From Acidobacteriota bacterium (GTDB lineage Bacteria; Actinomycetota; Acidimicrobiia; ATN3), in assembly GCA_003577105.1 (NCBI GenBank), contig QEUQ01000004.1:22156-86155 (forward strand): a DNA stretch of 64,000 bases. Reading direction: 5' to 3'. Below are positions 1-8,475 of this stretch, piece by piece. How positions within the stretch are numbered: the first letter of the stretch is position 1; every line of letters starts with the position of its first letter. Both the position numbers and the translations under genes were made by a program. The notes below the pieces were generated by a model. That model searched no databases. It saw only the letters and a list, made by a program, of their open reading frames with translations, and had not been told where the DNA came from.

Positions 1-438
1 GGCCTCAAGTCACCGCTCTCGGATCAAGCGAGGCGGCGGCGCGACTCATTTGAATCGCGCGACGCTGCTCGAGAGCGTCTCGGCTCGAAGGCCCCATTCA
101 TGTTTTGGGCACCGGAGGTATTCGACCTCTATCTCGAATTCGCGCTGGTGAGTGAGGGTGAGGGTGACGGCGTCAGACTGGCTTGCCGCAAGGAGGTCGA
201 GGCCGTCAACTACGAGATGGGAACATCACACGGCGGCTGGGGTGCACTTGAGCGCCTCGAAATTCCCGTGACCTTCGCCGCGGGCGCCCTGTCTTCACGA
301 GAGGGACCGATTGCCACGCCGCCACTTGCCAAACGCGTGGCCAACTCCCGCTACGTGGAGTTCGAAGACCGGACTCACTTCGGCCCATTTGAAGACCCGG
401 CACTCTGCGCGGCGGAGATCGAAGCGCACCTCAGCTGA
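1..438 (+). CDS. C-terminal part of an alpha/beta-hydrolase-fold protein (gene continues upstream of the window)
   Basis: The reading frame is open from position 1 with no stop before the annotated ATG at 100. The C-terminal pattern '...VTFAAGALS...YVEFEDRTHFGPFEDP...' resembles alpha/beta-hydrolase C-termini (catalytic His region). Confidence 0.4.
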   Translation, partial: GLKSPLSDQARRRRDSFESRDAARERLGSKAPFMFWAPEVFDLYLEFALVSEGEGDGVRLACRKEVEAVNYEMGTSHGGWGALERLEIPVTFAAGALSSREGPIATPPLAKRVANSRYVEFEDRTHFGPFEDPALCAAEIEAHLS

Positions 439-3040
439 GATCAATCGCCGAGTTCTCCCAAAGCTCGAAAGTCGCAGACCTGGCGGTGACCGGTGAGGTG
501 ATCTCGTAGCAATCGGGTGGCAAGCCTGTGAAGTGCGCCACTCCCCCTTCTCCGGTGTACGCCTCGATGTACCCATCGCTCGGTCTGAACTTACGCACAA
601 TGTGAACCCTGCTCCGCCTCCCCGCCTCCCCGGCGCCGACTTCGAGGTCAAAGCGAGGGGCCGGCCAGAGACCCGGCTGGAGCGGATCGCCGGCAACTGC
701 AAAGTGGAACCAGTTGCTACCCATCTCGCCGAGCGGGTTCTCCCAATCCAAGAAGACCGTGTATCCGCACGGACTCTCCGCCGGAGTCGTGAATGAGATC
801 TCCCCGGCCATAACCGACGAGCGCGCGTTGACCGGCGAATAGAACTGGCCCGTCTCGAGCTCGCTCACGGCACCCTCGCCCCGGGGCAACGCAACACTGT
901 GGTTCTCAGGTGCGGCAATTCCGGTGCCACCCAAGACCGATGCGGAAGGGTCCGAAGTAATGATCTCGGTCTCGCGCATCCGACAAAGCCTCCAAGTCAC
1001 TACCAGAGCGTTGGTGTCATGGTCTCTGTCGGAGACAACCCAGACCGGGAGGGAGACGGCCTCGCCCGGAGCAAAGACATTTCTCGGATGCGCAATCACC
1101 GCCTTCAGCGGTGCCAGGGCGTCTCTCAGCCATCGGTATCCGAGCTTTGACCTTCGATCGACATCGACTAGCCCCATGCCTGCGTAGCCCCACCAGTCCG
1201 TGAGCATGTGAACCATGAAGTTCGAACTCGCCCAAGTGCGCATAGTCTCGGCCTGGCACTTGAGCAGGTGGGCTCCATATCGCTGGCAGGCGTAAATCCA
1301 ATCCTGCGGGCATGAATACCGCTCGGGCGCGCCTACATAGGTGGCAGTGGTGCCAAAGCATGAGAGCCGGCCCGCCCATTCCCGAAGATTCTCTGAATCA
1401 GGCGGCCAGCCTTGGTCGCCCCAAAGAGCCGAGGACCACCCCGGCGCCGGAAAGCCGAACTCCGAGACGAAGCCGGCTGGCTCGGTGGCAAAGTCCCCAA
1501 GTGTCCCTCCCGCAAGCGAGCCCTCGTACTTGTGGGAATCGGCCACCCCCGATGCCCCAATCACCGGCCGCGAAGGATCAATTGCCGCTAGGCGATCGCG
1601 AAGCAGTCGGTCGAGGGCCTGATTGTCCGGGTCAGCGGCATCGTCTTCGGGCGGCTCCGGAGCCCACGCATATGGCGGCTCGTTGTGGCAGCACCAATAG
1701 ACAACGCTCGGGTGGTTCCAAAGGACATAGGCCATCTCCGCTGCCATCTTCGGTGCGCGCTCCCGAAAGCCCCGGTTGAGCGACTCGTCTGACTCGTAAT
1801 TCCACTGCAGCGAGAAGTCCTGAAAGATAAGGAGGCCCGCCCGGTCAGCGGCGTCATAGAACGCGGCGGGTTGCTGATGTGCGTGCAACCCAAGACTGTT
1901 GAGGCCGAGGTCAGCGGCGAGGGCGAGATCTCGCCGGTACCAGTCTTCGTCAAGGCCCGCGAGATGCTGCGTGGGAATGTAGTTGGCTCCGCGGATCGGA
2001 ACCGGCTTGTTGTTGAGGCGAAATACCCAGCTCTGCGCTGAAGGGTCTTCCAGTACGAAGTTCCGAAATCCGAATGTGGTCGAGCGCGAATCCGAGACCG
2101 CGCCTTGGGCCAGGGCCGTCGCCGTCATATCGTAAAGGGCCGGGCGCAACCCCGATGCGTCAGGAGACCAGATGGCAGCGTCGGCAAGCTCGGTCGTCAA
2201 GTCGATCCTGTTTGCTCCGGGATCAAGAGTTGCGCCGACAACCCCGCCATATGACTGGAGTCCTTCAATTGCGATTCCGAGCTCAATGCCAAGCGGTTCG
2301 GCAGTTCTATTTGTTGCTAGCACGGCGATGTTGAGCTGCTTGTCAGACGGGGTGGCAAAGACCGCGTCGATTCGCACCGGGCCCGTCGCCCTCAACCGGA
2401 CTCCACCGGTGATCCCGCCAGTTGGCATTGACTGACCCACCACCGGCGTCCAGCCTGGGGTCGACGCTCCGGGCATGCCTCCGGGGCGAGAGTCGTGATA
2501 GTTCAAGACGCCCTTGATCTGGCGCTTGCGATGCTCGACGAGATACTTCGACGGGTCCAGTTCCTCAAGTGGGCACTCGATCTTGACGGCAAGAACCGAG
2601 CCTGGCCTCGCCCTTCCTGAAACGTCAAAGCTGAAGGGTGCGAAATACCCCTCGTGCCGGCCAAGTAACTCTCCGTCTAGATAGACCTCGCTGAAGTAGT
2701 CGGCCGATGTGAATTCGAGATCGAGCCAGTTGCCTGTGCGCGCATGCGGCAAGGCAATCTTGCGTCTGTACCAGACCGGACCGAAATATCGGGAGAGAGC
2801 AGGCTCGGTGCCGTAGCAATTGGGCACACTGACGCTCGGCCAGCTTGTGTCATCTAGGGCAGCTGCCGAGCAATCGCCTTCGATCGCCAGTCGGCGCCAC
2901 TGCCCGTCGAGACTGATCGCGTGGGCGCCTGTATCGCTTGGAACCGATGTCGCTTGAAGCACCTGAATATCACGAGCCTCTGCGGCTGATTCGATTCCTC
3001 TGAATCGGGAATGCGCCATGACGGGCGCCCCACCCGGCAT
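431..3040 (-). CDS. Glycoside hydrolase family 2 (beta-mannosidase/beta-galactosidase-like)
   Basis: ORF of 904 aa with GH2-type sugar-binding / Ig-like / TIM-barrel order and the motif 'WNHPSVVYWCCHNEPP'. The first Met (3145) overlaps divergent queF, so an internal Met (3040 or 3019) is the more likely start. Confidence 0.8.
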   Translation of the reverse strand: MPGGAPVMAHSRFRGIESAAEARDIQVLQATSVPSDTGAHAISLDGQWRRLAIEGDCSAAALDDTSWPSVSVPNCYGTEPALSRYFGPVWYRRKIALPHARTGNWLDLEFTSADYFSEVYLDGELLGRHEGYFAPFSFDVSGRARPGSVLAVKIECPLEELDPSKYLVEHRKRQIKGVLNYHDSRPGGMPGASTPGWTPVVGQSMPTGGITGGVRLRATGPVRIDAVFATPSDKQLNIAVLATNRTAEPLGIELGIAIEGLQSYGGVVGATLDPGANRIDLTTELADAAIWSPDASGLRPALYDMTATALAQGAVSDSRSTTFGFRNFVLEDPSAQSWVFRLNNKPVPIRGANYIPTQHLAGLDEDWYRRDLALAADLGLNSLGLHAHQQPAAFYDAADRAGLLIFQDFSLQWNYESDESLNRGFRERAPKMAAEMAYVLWNHPSVVYWCCHNEPPYAWAPEPPEDDAADPDNQALDRLLRDRLAAIDPSRPVIGASGVADSHKYEGSLAGGTLGDFATEPAGFVSEFGFPAPGWSSALWGDQGWPPDSENLREWAGRLSCFGTTATYVGAPERYSCPQDWIYACQRYGAHLLKCQAETMRTWASSNFMVHMLTDWWGYAGMGLVDVDRRSKLGYRWLRDALAPLKAVIAHPRNVFAPGEAVSLPVWVVSDRDHDTNALVVTWRLCRMRETEIITSDPSASVLGGTGIAAPENHSVALPRGEGAVSELETGQFYSPVNARSSVMAGEISFTTPAESPCGYTVFLDWENPLGEMGSNWFHFAVAGDPLQPGLWPAPRFDLEVGAGEAGRRSRVHIVRKFRPSDGYIEAYTGEGGVAHFTGLPPDCYEITSPVTARSATFELWENSAIDLS

Positions 3041-3105
3041 CCGGAGAGGTGACGGCGAGAGCTCTATGGTGCACACCTGCTCATCTGATTGGATAGCCTC
3101 ATGCC

Positions 3106-3459
3106 ATGAGTACCAAACCAAGCCGCGAACTCGAGGCGATTCCAAACCCGAATCCGGAACGGGACTATGAAGTCACCATGGTCTGCCCCGAATTCACCTG
3201 CCTCTGTCCACGCACGGGGCAACCGGACTTTGCGACGTTCACAATCCACTACCGCCCCGGACCCTCGATCGTCGAACTGAAATCCCTCAAGCTTTACCTT
3301 TGGTCGTTCAGGGACGAAGGGCACTTTCACGAGGCCGTCACCAATCAGGTACTCGACGATCTTGTTGCCGCGATCGAACCCAGGGAGATGACGGTCGAGG
3401 CCAAGTTCAACATCAGGGGTGGCATAACGACGACCGTCACAGCCAAGCACGAAGGCTGA
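3106..3459 (+). CDS. queF: NADPH-dependent 7-cyano-7-deazaguanine (preQ0) reductase, type I
   Basis: 117-aa protein with the QueF/YkvM hallmarks: '[17 protein letters not shown]' (catalytic Cys) and 'ELKSLKLYL...FHE'. Confidence 0.9.
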   Translation: MSTKPSRELEAIPNPNPERDYEVTMVCPEFTCLCPRTGQPDFATFTIHYRPGPSIVELKSLKLYLWSFRDEGHFHEAVTNQVLDDLVAAIEPREMTVEAKFNIRGGITTTVTAKHEG

Positions 3460-3460
3460 G

Positions 3461-3907
3461 CTACGACGGGATTCCGCCATGGCCGACCCCGGCCTCCTCG
3501 GATGCGGTTGAAGCGCTCTGCGGCGCGGCTGGGTCAGTCGGCGCAGGACCACTCGGCGCCGGCGGAGCGCCCTTGCCCCGCTTCTTCTTCTGGGCCTTCG
3601 GTGGTTTGTCGGCCTTCTTTGCCGCCCGTGTGGCCTTGTTCGCACTCCTGTTGCGCTTGGCGCGCGATGGCGATAGCAACGGTTCGGTCCTGAGATTGGC
3701 AGCTTCCCAGGCGTCATCGTGTGATCGCATCCACGATGCTGCGCCGCAGAACAAAGCCGCAAGAAGACCGGCCCCGAGTGCAGATGGACCGCGCTGCGCG
3801 TACGGCCAGAGAGCGAACCACCCACCTGCGGCGAGAAGGAACCCAGCAGCCCCTACCGCCAAGCTTTGAAGTATTTGCGGCCGTAACCGGTACCTGCGCA
3901 TTGCCAC
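3461..3907 (-). CDS. Hypothetical membrane protein with Lys/Pro-rich basic C-terminal tail
   Basis: Two hydrophobic segments followed by a 'KRNRSANKATRAAKKADKPPKAQKKKRGKG' tail. No recognisable family. Confidence 0.35.
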   Translation of the reverse strand: MAMRRYRLRPQILQSLAVGAAGFLLAAGGWFALWPYAQRGPSALGAGLLAALFCGAASWMRSHDDAWEAANLRTEPLLSPSRAKRNRSANKATRAAKKADKPPKAQKKKRGKGAPPAPSGPAPTDPAAPQSASTASEEAGVGHGGIPS

Positions 3908-4075
3908 ACCCTTCGTCGCTGTGCCGTGCGCGCGGCACCTAGGGTAGAAGCTGATCGCCTTCGGTGCGAGAATCTCCGGTTCTTGGGTGGGTTGTGTGGC
4001 TAGTCGTTTGCTCGACGGGACAGCTTGGTTCGAGGGATCAGACGCCTCCGACCGATGGGTCGATCTTCGGCATAA

Positions 4076-4465
4076 TTGGCTGTTCTGCTATCTGGGGTGG
4101 CGCCGGTGATTTCGAGAGAAGACGACATAGCGCTGCGCCGCCTGCACTACACGGAGTTGCTCGACGCTGCGCACATCCGGGAAGAGAAGGACGACGGCGA
4201 GCCCGTCGTTTCCAACGGAATTGCAATGTGCAAGATCCACCACGCGGCCTACGACCGGGACATCATGGGGATCTCACCGGACTATCGCATCGAGCTTCGG
4301 CGTGATGTGCTCGAAGAATCCGATGGTCCCACGCTCCGCTACACGCTCCAGGGCCTGCACGGCGAGGCCATTTGGACGCCGCGGTCTAGGCGGCACAAGC
4401 CAGATCCCGACCTGCTGGCTGAGCGTTTCGATCGGTTCAGGGCGCATGGAAGTTTCCCCGGCTAA
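4076..4465 (+). pseudogene. HNH endonuclease domain protein, probably 5'-truncated
   Basis: Contains the HNH_2-type motif 'AAHI...NGIAMCKIHHAAYDRD' but only about 130 aa; the upstream frame is non-coding-like, suggesting loss of the N-terminal half. Confidence 0.45.
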
Positions 4466-4725
4466 GAAGCGGAAGTTTTGATGGCAAGACGTCGGGTGGC
4501 TGGCAGAAGACTCTCACGAGCACGTATTCGAATTTCACCCCGAACTCACTTGGATGCGCCTCGGCGGGCGAGTACTTGCGCCAAAGCACACAGCCCGCGG
4601 GCTGATCGAACGCATTCGAGTTCTGCGTGAGTTCGGTATTGCAGTGAATGACTTGGAGATAGAAGATCGTTTGGCGGAGCGGGCAAAGGCAGACCTCGTC
4701 GAGGGCGAGCGGCAAAGCCGCTCGC

Positions 4726-4962
4726 CTACTCGTCTTTCAGATCAAGGTTGTCTAAGACCCTCTGGATCTCCTCGGGCGTGCCCCACTCATGCCTACAGGA
4801 ACTGCACAACCACCTTGGGCTGTCTGCTTCAACGATGCAGCCGCGCGGAACTGTGCCTTCCGCTAGGTCATCTGGCGATCCGACAAGCCCGTAGATGAGT
4901 TCAAGCACATTTGCCGACCCACACTTAGGGCACGGAGGACGGTCTGATTCAGATTGTGTCAT
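4726..4962 (-). CDS. Small zinc-ribbon protein (CPKC...CSSC)
   Basis: 'MTQSESDRPPCPKCGSANV...WLCSSCRHEWG' four-Cys zinc ribbon. The longer ORF (to 5235) is low-complexity, so the internal Met at 4962 is the likely start. Confidence 0.4.
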   Translation of the reverse strand: MTQSESDRPPCPKCGSANVLELIYGLVGSPDDLAEGTVPRGCIVEADSPRWLCSSCRHEWGTPEEIQRVLDNLDLKDE

Positions 4963-5003
4963 TGCCAAAACCCCCAGATTGATTGAGTTCAAGGCTAGCG
5001 ACG

Positions 5004-5016
5004 GGGTGTGACAATT
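5004..5016 (-). promoter_or_regulatory. Recurrent motif TTGTCACACCCC (instance 1), ~40 bp upstream of the zinc-ribbon gene
   Basis: Reverse complement of 'ggggtgtgacaat'. The same motif recurs at 6151, 7048, 40341, 44649, 50311 and 50834. Confidence 0.3.
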
Positions 5017-5303
5017 TCCGGGCCGGCTTCGGCAGCGGATCGCCGGCCGAAGGTCTGGAGCAGACTTTTCGCCGAAACCCGCTCCTCTCTCGGAGATCAA
5101 CAGGAAACGCCCGAACGCTATCGCCGGCTTAGACCGGTGCTGTCCCGTCGATATTCTCGGAGTCGCCGTGCCAGCTGGATCCTGATTGCCACCAAGGGCC
5201 AGCCAAGTTTTCGGAGCGAAGGGAAACGACTCCACAGCACTGCTCCATCTGTCTCCCGACCGCCACGCCGGATCGCATCGTGGCTGGCAACCCGCTACTC
5301 CAA

Positions 5304-5636
5304 TCAGCGTGTCAGCGCGCTCACCGTTTCCAGCACCGCGAACTTGCTATGCGACTCGCCGGGCTGATGCAGACCGATCGCCAGCTCAAAACCGGTGGCA
5401 TCCGCGATCTTGAGTAACGACCTGACGCTCGGCATCTGAGACCCACCCTCCCATCGTGCTATTGCGGCCTGCGACGAGCCGATCTTTCGCGCGAGCTCAT
5501 CTTGAGTGAGGCCAGCCGATGCGCGCGCCTTGAGGATCACATAACCAACCCCCATCGAACGACGCTCGCTCTCGTACGCCCGCCTGGCAGCACCGCTGAG
5601 AGGGCGGGGCTGCTTATGCTCTCGCCATGTCGTCAC
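5304..5636 (-). CDS. higA: HTH XRE-family antitoxin (HigA-like)
   Basis: 'LTQDELARKIGSSQAAIARWEGG' helix-turn-helix; overlaps the upstream toxin stop by 4 bp. Confidence 0.7.
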   Translation of the reverse strand: MTTWREHKQPRPLSGAARRAYESERRSMGVGYVILKARASAGLTQDELARKIGSSQAAIARWEGGSQMPSVRSLLKIADATGFELAIGLHQPGESHSKFAVLETVSALTR

Positions 5637-6106
5637 TTTTCGTTCTCATTTCTCCTGAGCCAGGCTCGCATGGGTTTTTCGGCTCGTGCGATCTCCGTAG
5701 GCGGCGTCCTTCTTGAAGTCTTTCGAAAGCTCGACAATAGAATCATTCTGCGTTTCGGATCCGCGAAATAGGTCACGCGCCACTTTCCAGGGCGGAGCTC
5801 CCGTAGCTTCCCTCTTAGCTGCCGACTATGGGGCTCCGACAGTAGCGGGCCGAATTCCTCCAATAGATCGATGTGGTGGCGAACTCGACCGCAGTCACCT
5901 GGGTGCGCCCGCTCAAGTTCTTCCAACCACAGCCTGACGGGCTCCCTTCCATTTGCGTCACTGAAGAACCACACCTCCCACATGTTGCGGCTCATATCAT
6001 AATTAGCATATGCATGTCGGCTTGGTCGGTCAAGGGAAGAACATCGTCCGAACAGTCGACTCGTGCGCATTGAGGCATGTGGCCCCCCTTCGAAAATCCG
6101 TGCCAT
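5633..6106 (-). CDS. higB: RelE/ParE-superfamily toxin (HigB / Gp49-like killer protein)
   Basis: 'WEVWFFSDANG...VRLW...LEE' N-terminus typical of the Gp49/HigB family. The true start is probably the internal Met near 5983-5995. Confidence 0.65.
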   Translation of the reverse strand: MARIFEGGPHASMRTSRLFGRCSSLDRPSRHAYANYDMSRNMWEVWFFSDANGREPVRLWLEELERAHPGDCGRVRHHIDLLEEFGPLLSEPHSRQLRGKLRELRPGKWRVTYFADPKRRMILLSSFRKTSRRTPPTEIARAEKPMRAWLRRNENEK

Positions 6107-6136
6107 TCAGCCGGCCAATAACCAACAGGCTGATCA

Positions 6137-6339
6137 CTGAACCTATCGACGGGGTGTGACAATCGATGCCGCGCCAAAGAGGAGCGCCGCATGTGATCGA
6201 GAAGCTGCAAAGAATCTGGAGAGGTCTGACGGGACGCGACACGACGTATCCGCACGAACTCGCGTTCGTGTTGACGTCGCCGTTGCGGAACTTGATCCTT
6301 AGCCCAGCAGCGCTTGCATCATGCCTCTCGCTTGAGGAA
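6137..6339 (+). repeat. Direct repeat copy 1 (~200 bp, ~90% identical to 7033-7235)
   Basis: Contains the TTGTCACACCCC motif (6151-6163) and a 5' fragment of the 7059-7676 methyltransferase gene (ORF 6166-6381, 'VIEKLQRIWRGLTGR(D/E)TTYPHELAF...'). Confidence 0.8.
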
Positions 6340-6381
6340 GTACCGGCGGCTCGCGAACTCCGGCTGGCCGACGCACGATGA
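6166..6381 (+). pseudogene. 5' fragment of SAM-dependent methyltransferase gene (duplicate of the start of 7059-7676)
   Basis: The first ~57 aa are near-identical to the N-terminus of the full methyltransferase, then diverge and terminate. Confidence 0.6.
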
Positions 6382-6389
6382 GGCCGCGG

Positions 6390-6821
6390 CTAAGAGGCCG
6401 CTCGATCAAGGATTTGCTGCACACGCTGGTGTGAAATTCCCAAGAGGGTCGCCGCGTCACGTCGACTGACACCGCGCGCCGTGAGCTGCTCAACAGCGAG
6501 AGCTGTCTTCTCATTCAGTTGATCCTCAATTGCGCGAGCTTCGTCCCGCATCCTTCGAGTCGTCTCGACTAGAGCGAGCAATCGCTTCGGGAAGCCGAAT
6601 CGGGGAACGATTTCGAAGTCATCTGCAGCGGTCTCGTACCAGAGCGCCAGAGCATCTGCCATGTTGGCTTTGGCTGATTCGATAGTCCGGCCGTAGCTGT
6701 GTACGCGCGGCTCATCGATCGATTCGACCAGCCATGTTCCGTTGTCATCTGGCGTGAACCGAACCTCTACGGTCTTGGTCTTGCGCTTGGATTTCATCGC
6801 AACCATTTCCTTCCCAAGCAC
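6390..6821 (-). CDS. hicB: HicB-family antitoxin with C-terminal HTH
   Basis: UPF0150/HicB-like N-terminus ('KTVEVRFTPDDNGTWLVESIDEPRVHSYGRTIESAKANMADAL') plus a C-terminal HTH ('LLGISHQRVQQIL'); directly downstream of hicA. Confidence 0.75.
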   Translation of the reverse strand: MLGKEMVAMKSKRKTKTVEVRFTPDDNGTWLVESIDEPRVHSYGRTIESAKANMADALALWYETAADDFEIVPRFGFPKRLLALVETTRRMRDEARAIEDQLNEKTALAVEQLTARGVSRRDAATLLGISHQRVQQILDRAAS

Positions 6822-6994
6822 GGCTCTAGATCTCGCTCAATCGCCCGAAGCAGCCCCGTGCCCAGATCACGGCCAGCATGCCTAGGCACGACCGACTGGC
6901 AGTGCCCGCATCGGACAACCATGTGAGAACCGCTCTGGCGGACCCCCTCACAACCCTGCCTTCGCAGGCGTCGAATCAATTCTCTGTCGGTCAT
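6794..6994 (-). CDS. hicA: HicA-family toxin (YcfA-like mRNA interferase)
   Basis: 66 aa, 'LRRQGCEGVRQSGSHMVV' signature. Confidence 0.8.
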   Translation of the reverse strand: MTDRELIRRLRRQGCEGVRQSGSHMVVRCGHCQSVVPRHAGRDLGTGLLRAIERDLEPCLGRKWLR

Positions 6995-7032
6995 TCTAAC
7001 TGTCTATGCACTAGACGGAAAAGGGAACACCT

Positions 7033-7235
7033 CTGAACCTATCGACCGGGTGTGACAATTGATGTCGCACTACGCAGGGGCGCTCAAGGTGATCGAGAAA
7101 CTGCAAAGAATCTGGAGAGGCCTGACGGGGCGTGAGACGACGTATCCGCACGAACTCGCGTTCATCTTGACGTCGCCGCTGCGGAACTTGATCCTTAGCC
7201 CAGCAGCGCTTGCATCACGCCTCTCGCTTGAGGAA
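7033..7235 (+). repeat. Direct repeat copy 2 (motif, promoter region and 5' end of the methyltransferase gene)
   Basis: Aligns to 6137-6339 with about 90% identity. Confidence 0.8.
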
Positions 7236-7676
7236 TCAGACGTCGTTCTCGAAATCGGCCCAGGACCCGGCTACTTCAGCTCAGAGATTGCCCAGCGCCT
7301 GCCACAGGGCCGCCTCGAGCTTTTCGACCTGCAGCCCGAGATGCTCAAGAAGGCACGCCGGCGCATTCAGCACCACAGCTTGACCAATGCCGGATACACA
7401 GCTGGTGATGCGACACGCCTTCCATACCGTGACGGCGTATTCGACCGTGTCTTTCTCGTCGCGGTCCTCGGCGAGGTGCCAGATCATGAAGCCTGCCTAC
7501 AGGAGGCACATCGGGTGCTCAAGGCCGATGGCCAACTGTCGATCACCGAACAGCCGGGCGATCCCGACTTCATCAAGCGCGCTCATCTCGATCAGATGGC
7601 GGCACGGGCAGGATTCGAGCCCGCAGAGTCGTTCGGCAGGGGCCTGAACTACACGGCGAATTACGGGAAGGCCTAG
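7059..7676 (+). CDS. Class I SAM-dependent methyltransferase (type 11 / UbiE-like)
   Basis: 'VLEIGPGPGYFS' motif I, 'LFDLQPEML', 'DRVFLVAVL' motifs. Confidence 0.8.
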   Translation: MMSHYAGALKVIEKLQRIWRGLTGRETTYPHELAFILTSPLRNLILSPAALASRLSLEESDVVLEIGPGPGYFSSEIAQRLPQGRLELFDLQPEMLKKARRRIQHHSLTNAGYTAGDATRLPYRDGVFDRVFLVAVLGEVPDHEACLQEAHRVLKADGQLSITEQPGDPDFIKRAHLDQMAARAGFEPAESFGRGLNYTANYGKA

Positions 7677-7745
7677 GCGAAAGCCGCCAGCGCCGATCCG
7701 ACAAGACAGTCTTGCCAATTCCTACCGCAGTAGTAAGATGGCGGC

Positions 7746-8060
7746 ATGCCAGCTCGGAAATACTCCGCATCAATGGATTCAGACCTGCTACTCGAGGTCG
7801 AAAGCGCCGCGCTTGCAGAGGGTGTGACCACGTCGGCATGGCTGGCTCGGGCCGCTGAGGACCGGCTTGCAATCATCGGTCTGCGTGAGTTCATCGCAGA
7901 CTGGGAATCGCAACACGGAGAGATCACCAGAGAGGAGCGGCGACGAGCGCGTAGCAAGATCGACCACGCCATAGCGACGAGCGGCCAGCCCAAGAGTTCA
8001 AGAGCGCGCACCAAAAATGCCTCGGGATCAGCGGAGAACCGCACGAAGAGAGCCAGCTAA
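7746..8060 (+). CDS. vapB: Ribbon-helix-helix antitoxin (VapB/CopG-like)
   Basis: Small protein immediately upstream of a PIN toxin, separated by 3 bp. Confidence 0.55.
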   Translation: MPARKYSASMDSDLLLEVESAALAEGVTTSAWLARAAEDRLAIIGLREFIADWESQHGEITREERRRARSKIDHAIATSGQPKSSRARTKNASGSAENRTKRAS

Positions 8061-8062
8061 GC

Positions 8063-8464
8063 GTGAAGAGGGGGGATCACCGCGGTCTAACACTCGACGC
8101 AGGTGCTCTGATCGCGATCGACCGCAACGACCGCAACGACCGCAACATCATGGCGCTATTGAAGGATTTCGTTGAAAGAGGCGTAGTTCCCACAATTCCC
8201 GCTCCCGTCGTCGCCCAAGCGTGGCGATCCTCACGCCAGTCAAACCTCGCCCGCTTCATCAAGCTCTGCCGCGTCGAACCTACCGATCTAGAACTCGCTC
8301 GCCTTGCCGGGGAGCTGTGCCGATCGGCCGATGTAGCTGATGCGATCGACGCGATCGTCGTAGCAAGCGCCGCTCGCAGAGGTGATCTGGTGGCGACCTC
8401 CGATGCCCGGCACTTCAGGCGCATGGCAGCCCACGTTGAGGGCGTCGTGATACTCAACATCTGA
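8063..8464 (+). CDS. vapC: PIN-domain toxin VapC
   Basis: 'LTLDAGALIAIDR' PIN N-terminus with an acidic triad. Contains a 3x 'gaccgcaac' tandem repeat (DRNDRNDRN) at 8119-8145. Confidence 0.75.
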   Translation: MKRGDHRGLTLDAGALIAIDRNDRNDRNIMALLKDFVERGVVPTIPAPVVAQAWRSSRQSNLARFIKLCRVEPTDLELARLAGELCRSADVADAIDAIVVASAARRGDLVATSDARHFRRMAAHVEGVVILNI

Positions 8465-8475
8465 CTCCCCCGAAC

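Noticed and set aside
3106-3459. queF as a possible part of a 7-deazaguanine DNA-modification (Dpd-like) defence system
   Set aside because: QueF acts in the tRNA queuosine pathway. No dpdA/tgt-like, queC/D/E or DpdB-K helicase/ATPase genes are adjacent, so it is most simply a housekeeping gene.
8119-8145. 3x 9-bp tandem repeat 'gaccgcaac' (DRNDRNDRN) inside vapC
   Set aside because: Too short and in-frame to count as a distinct element; noted only as a minor slippage-prone site.
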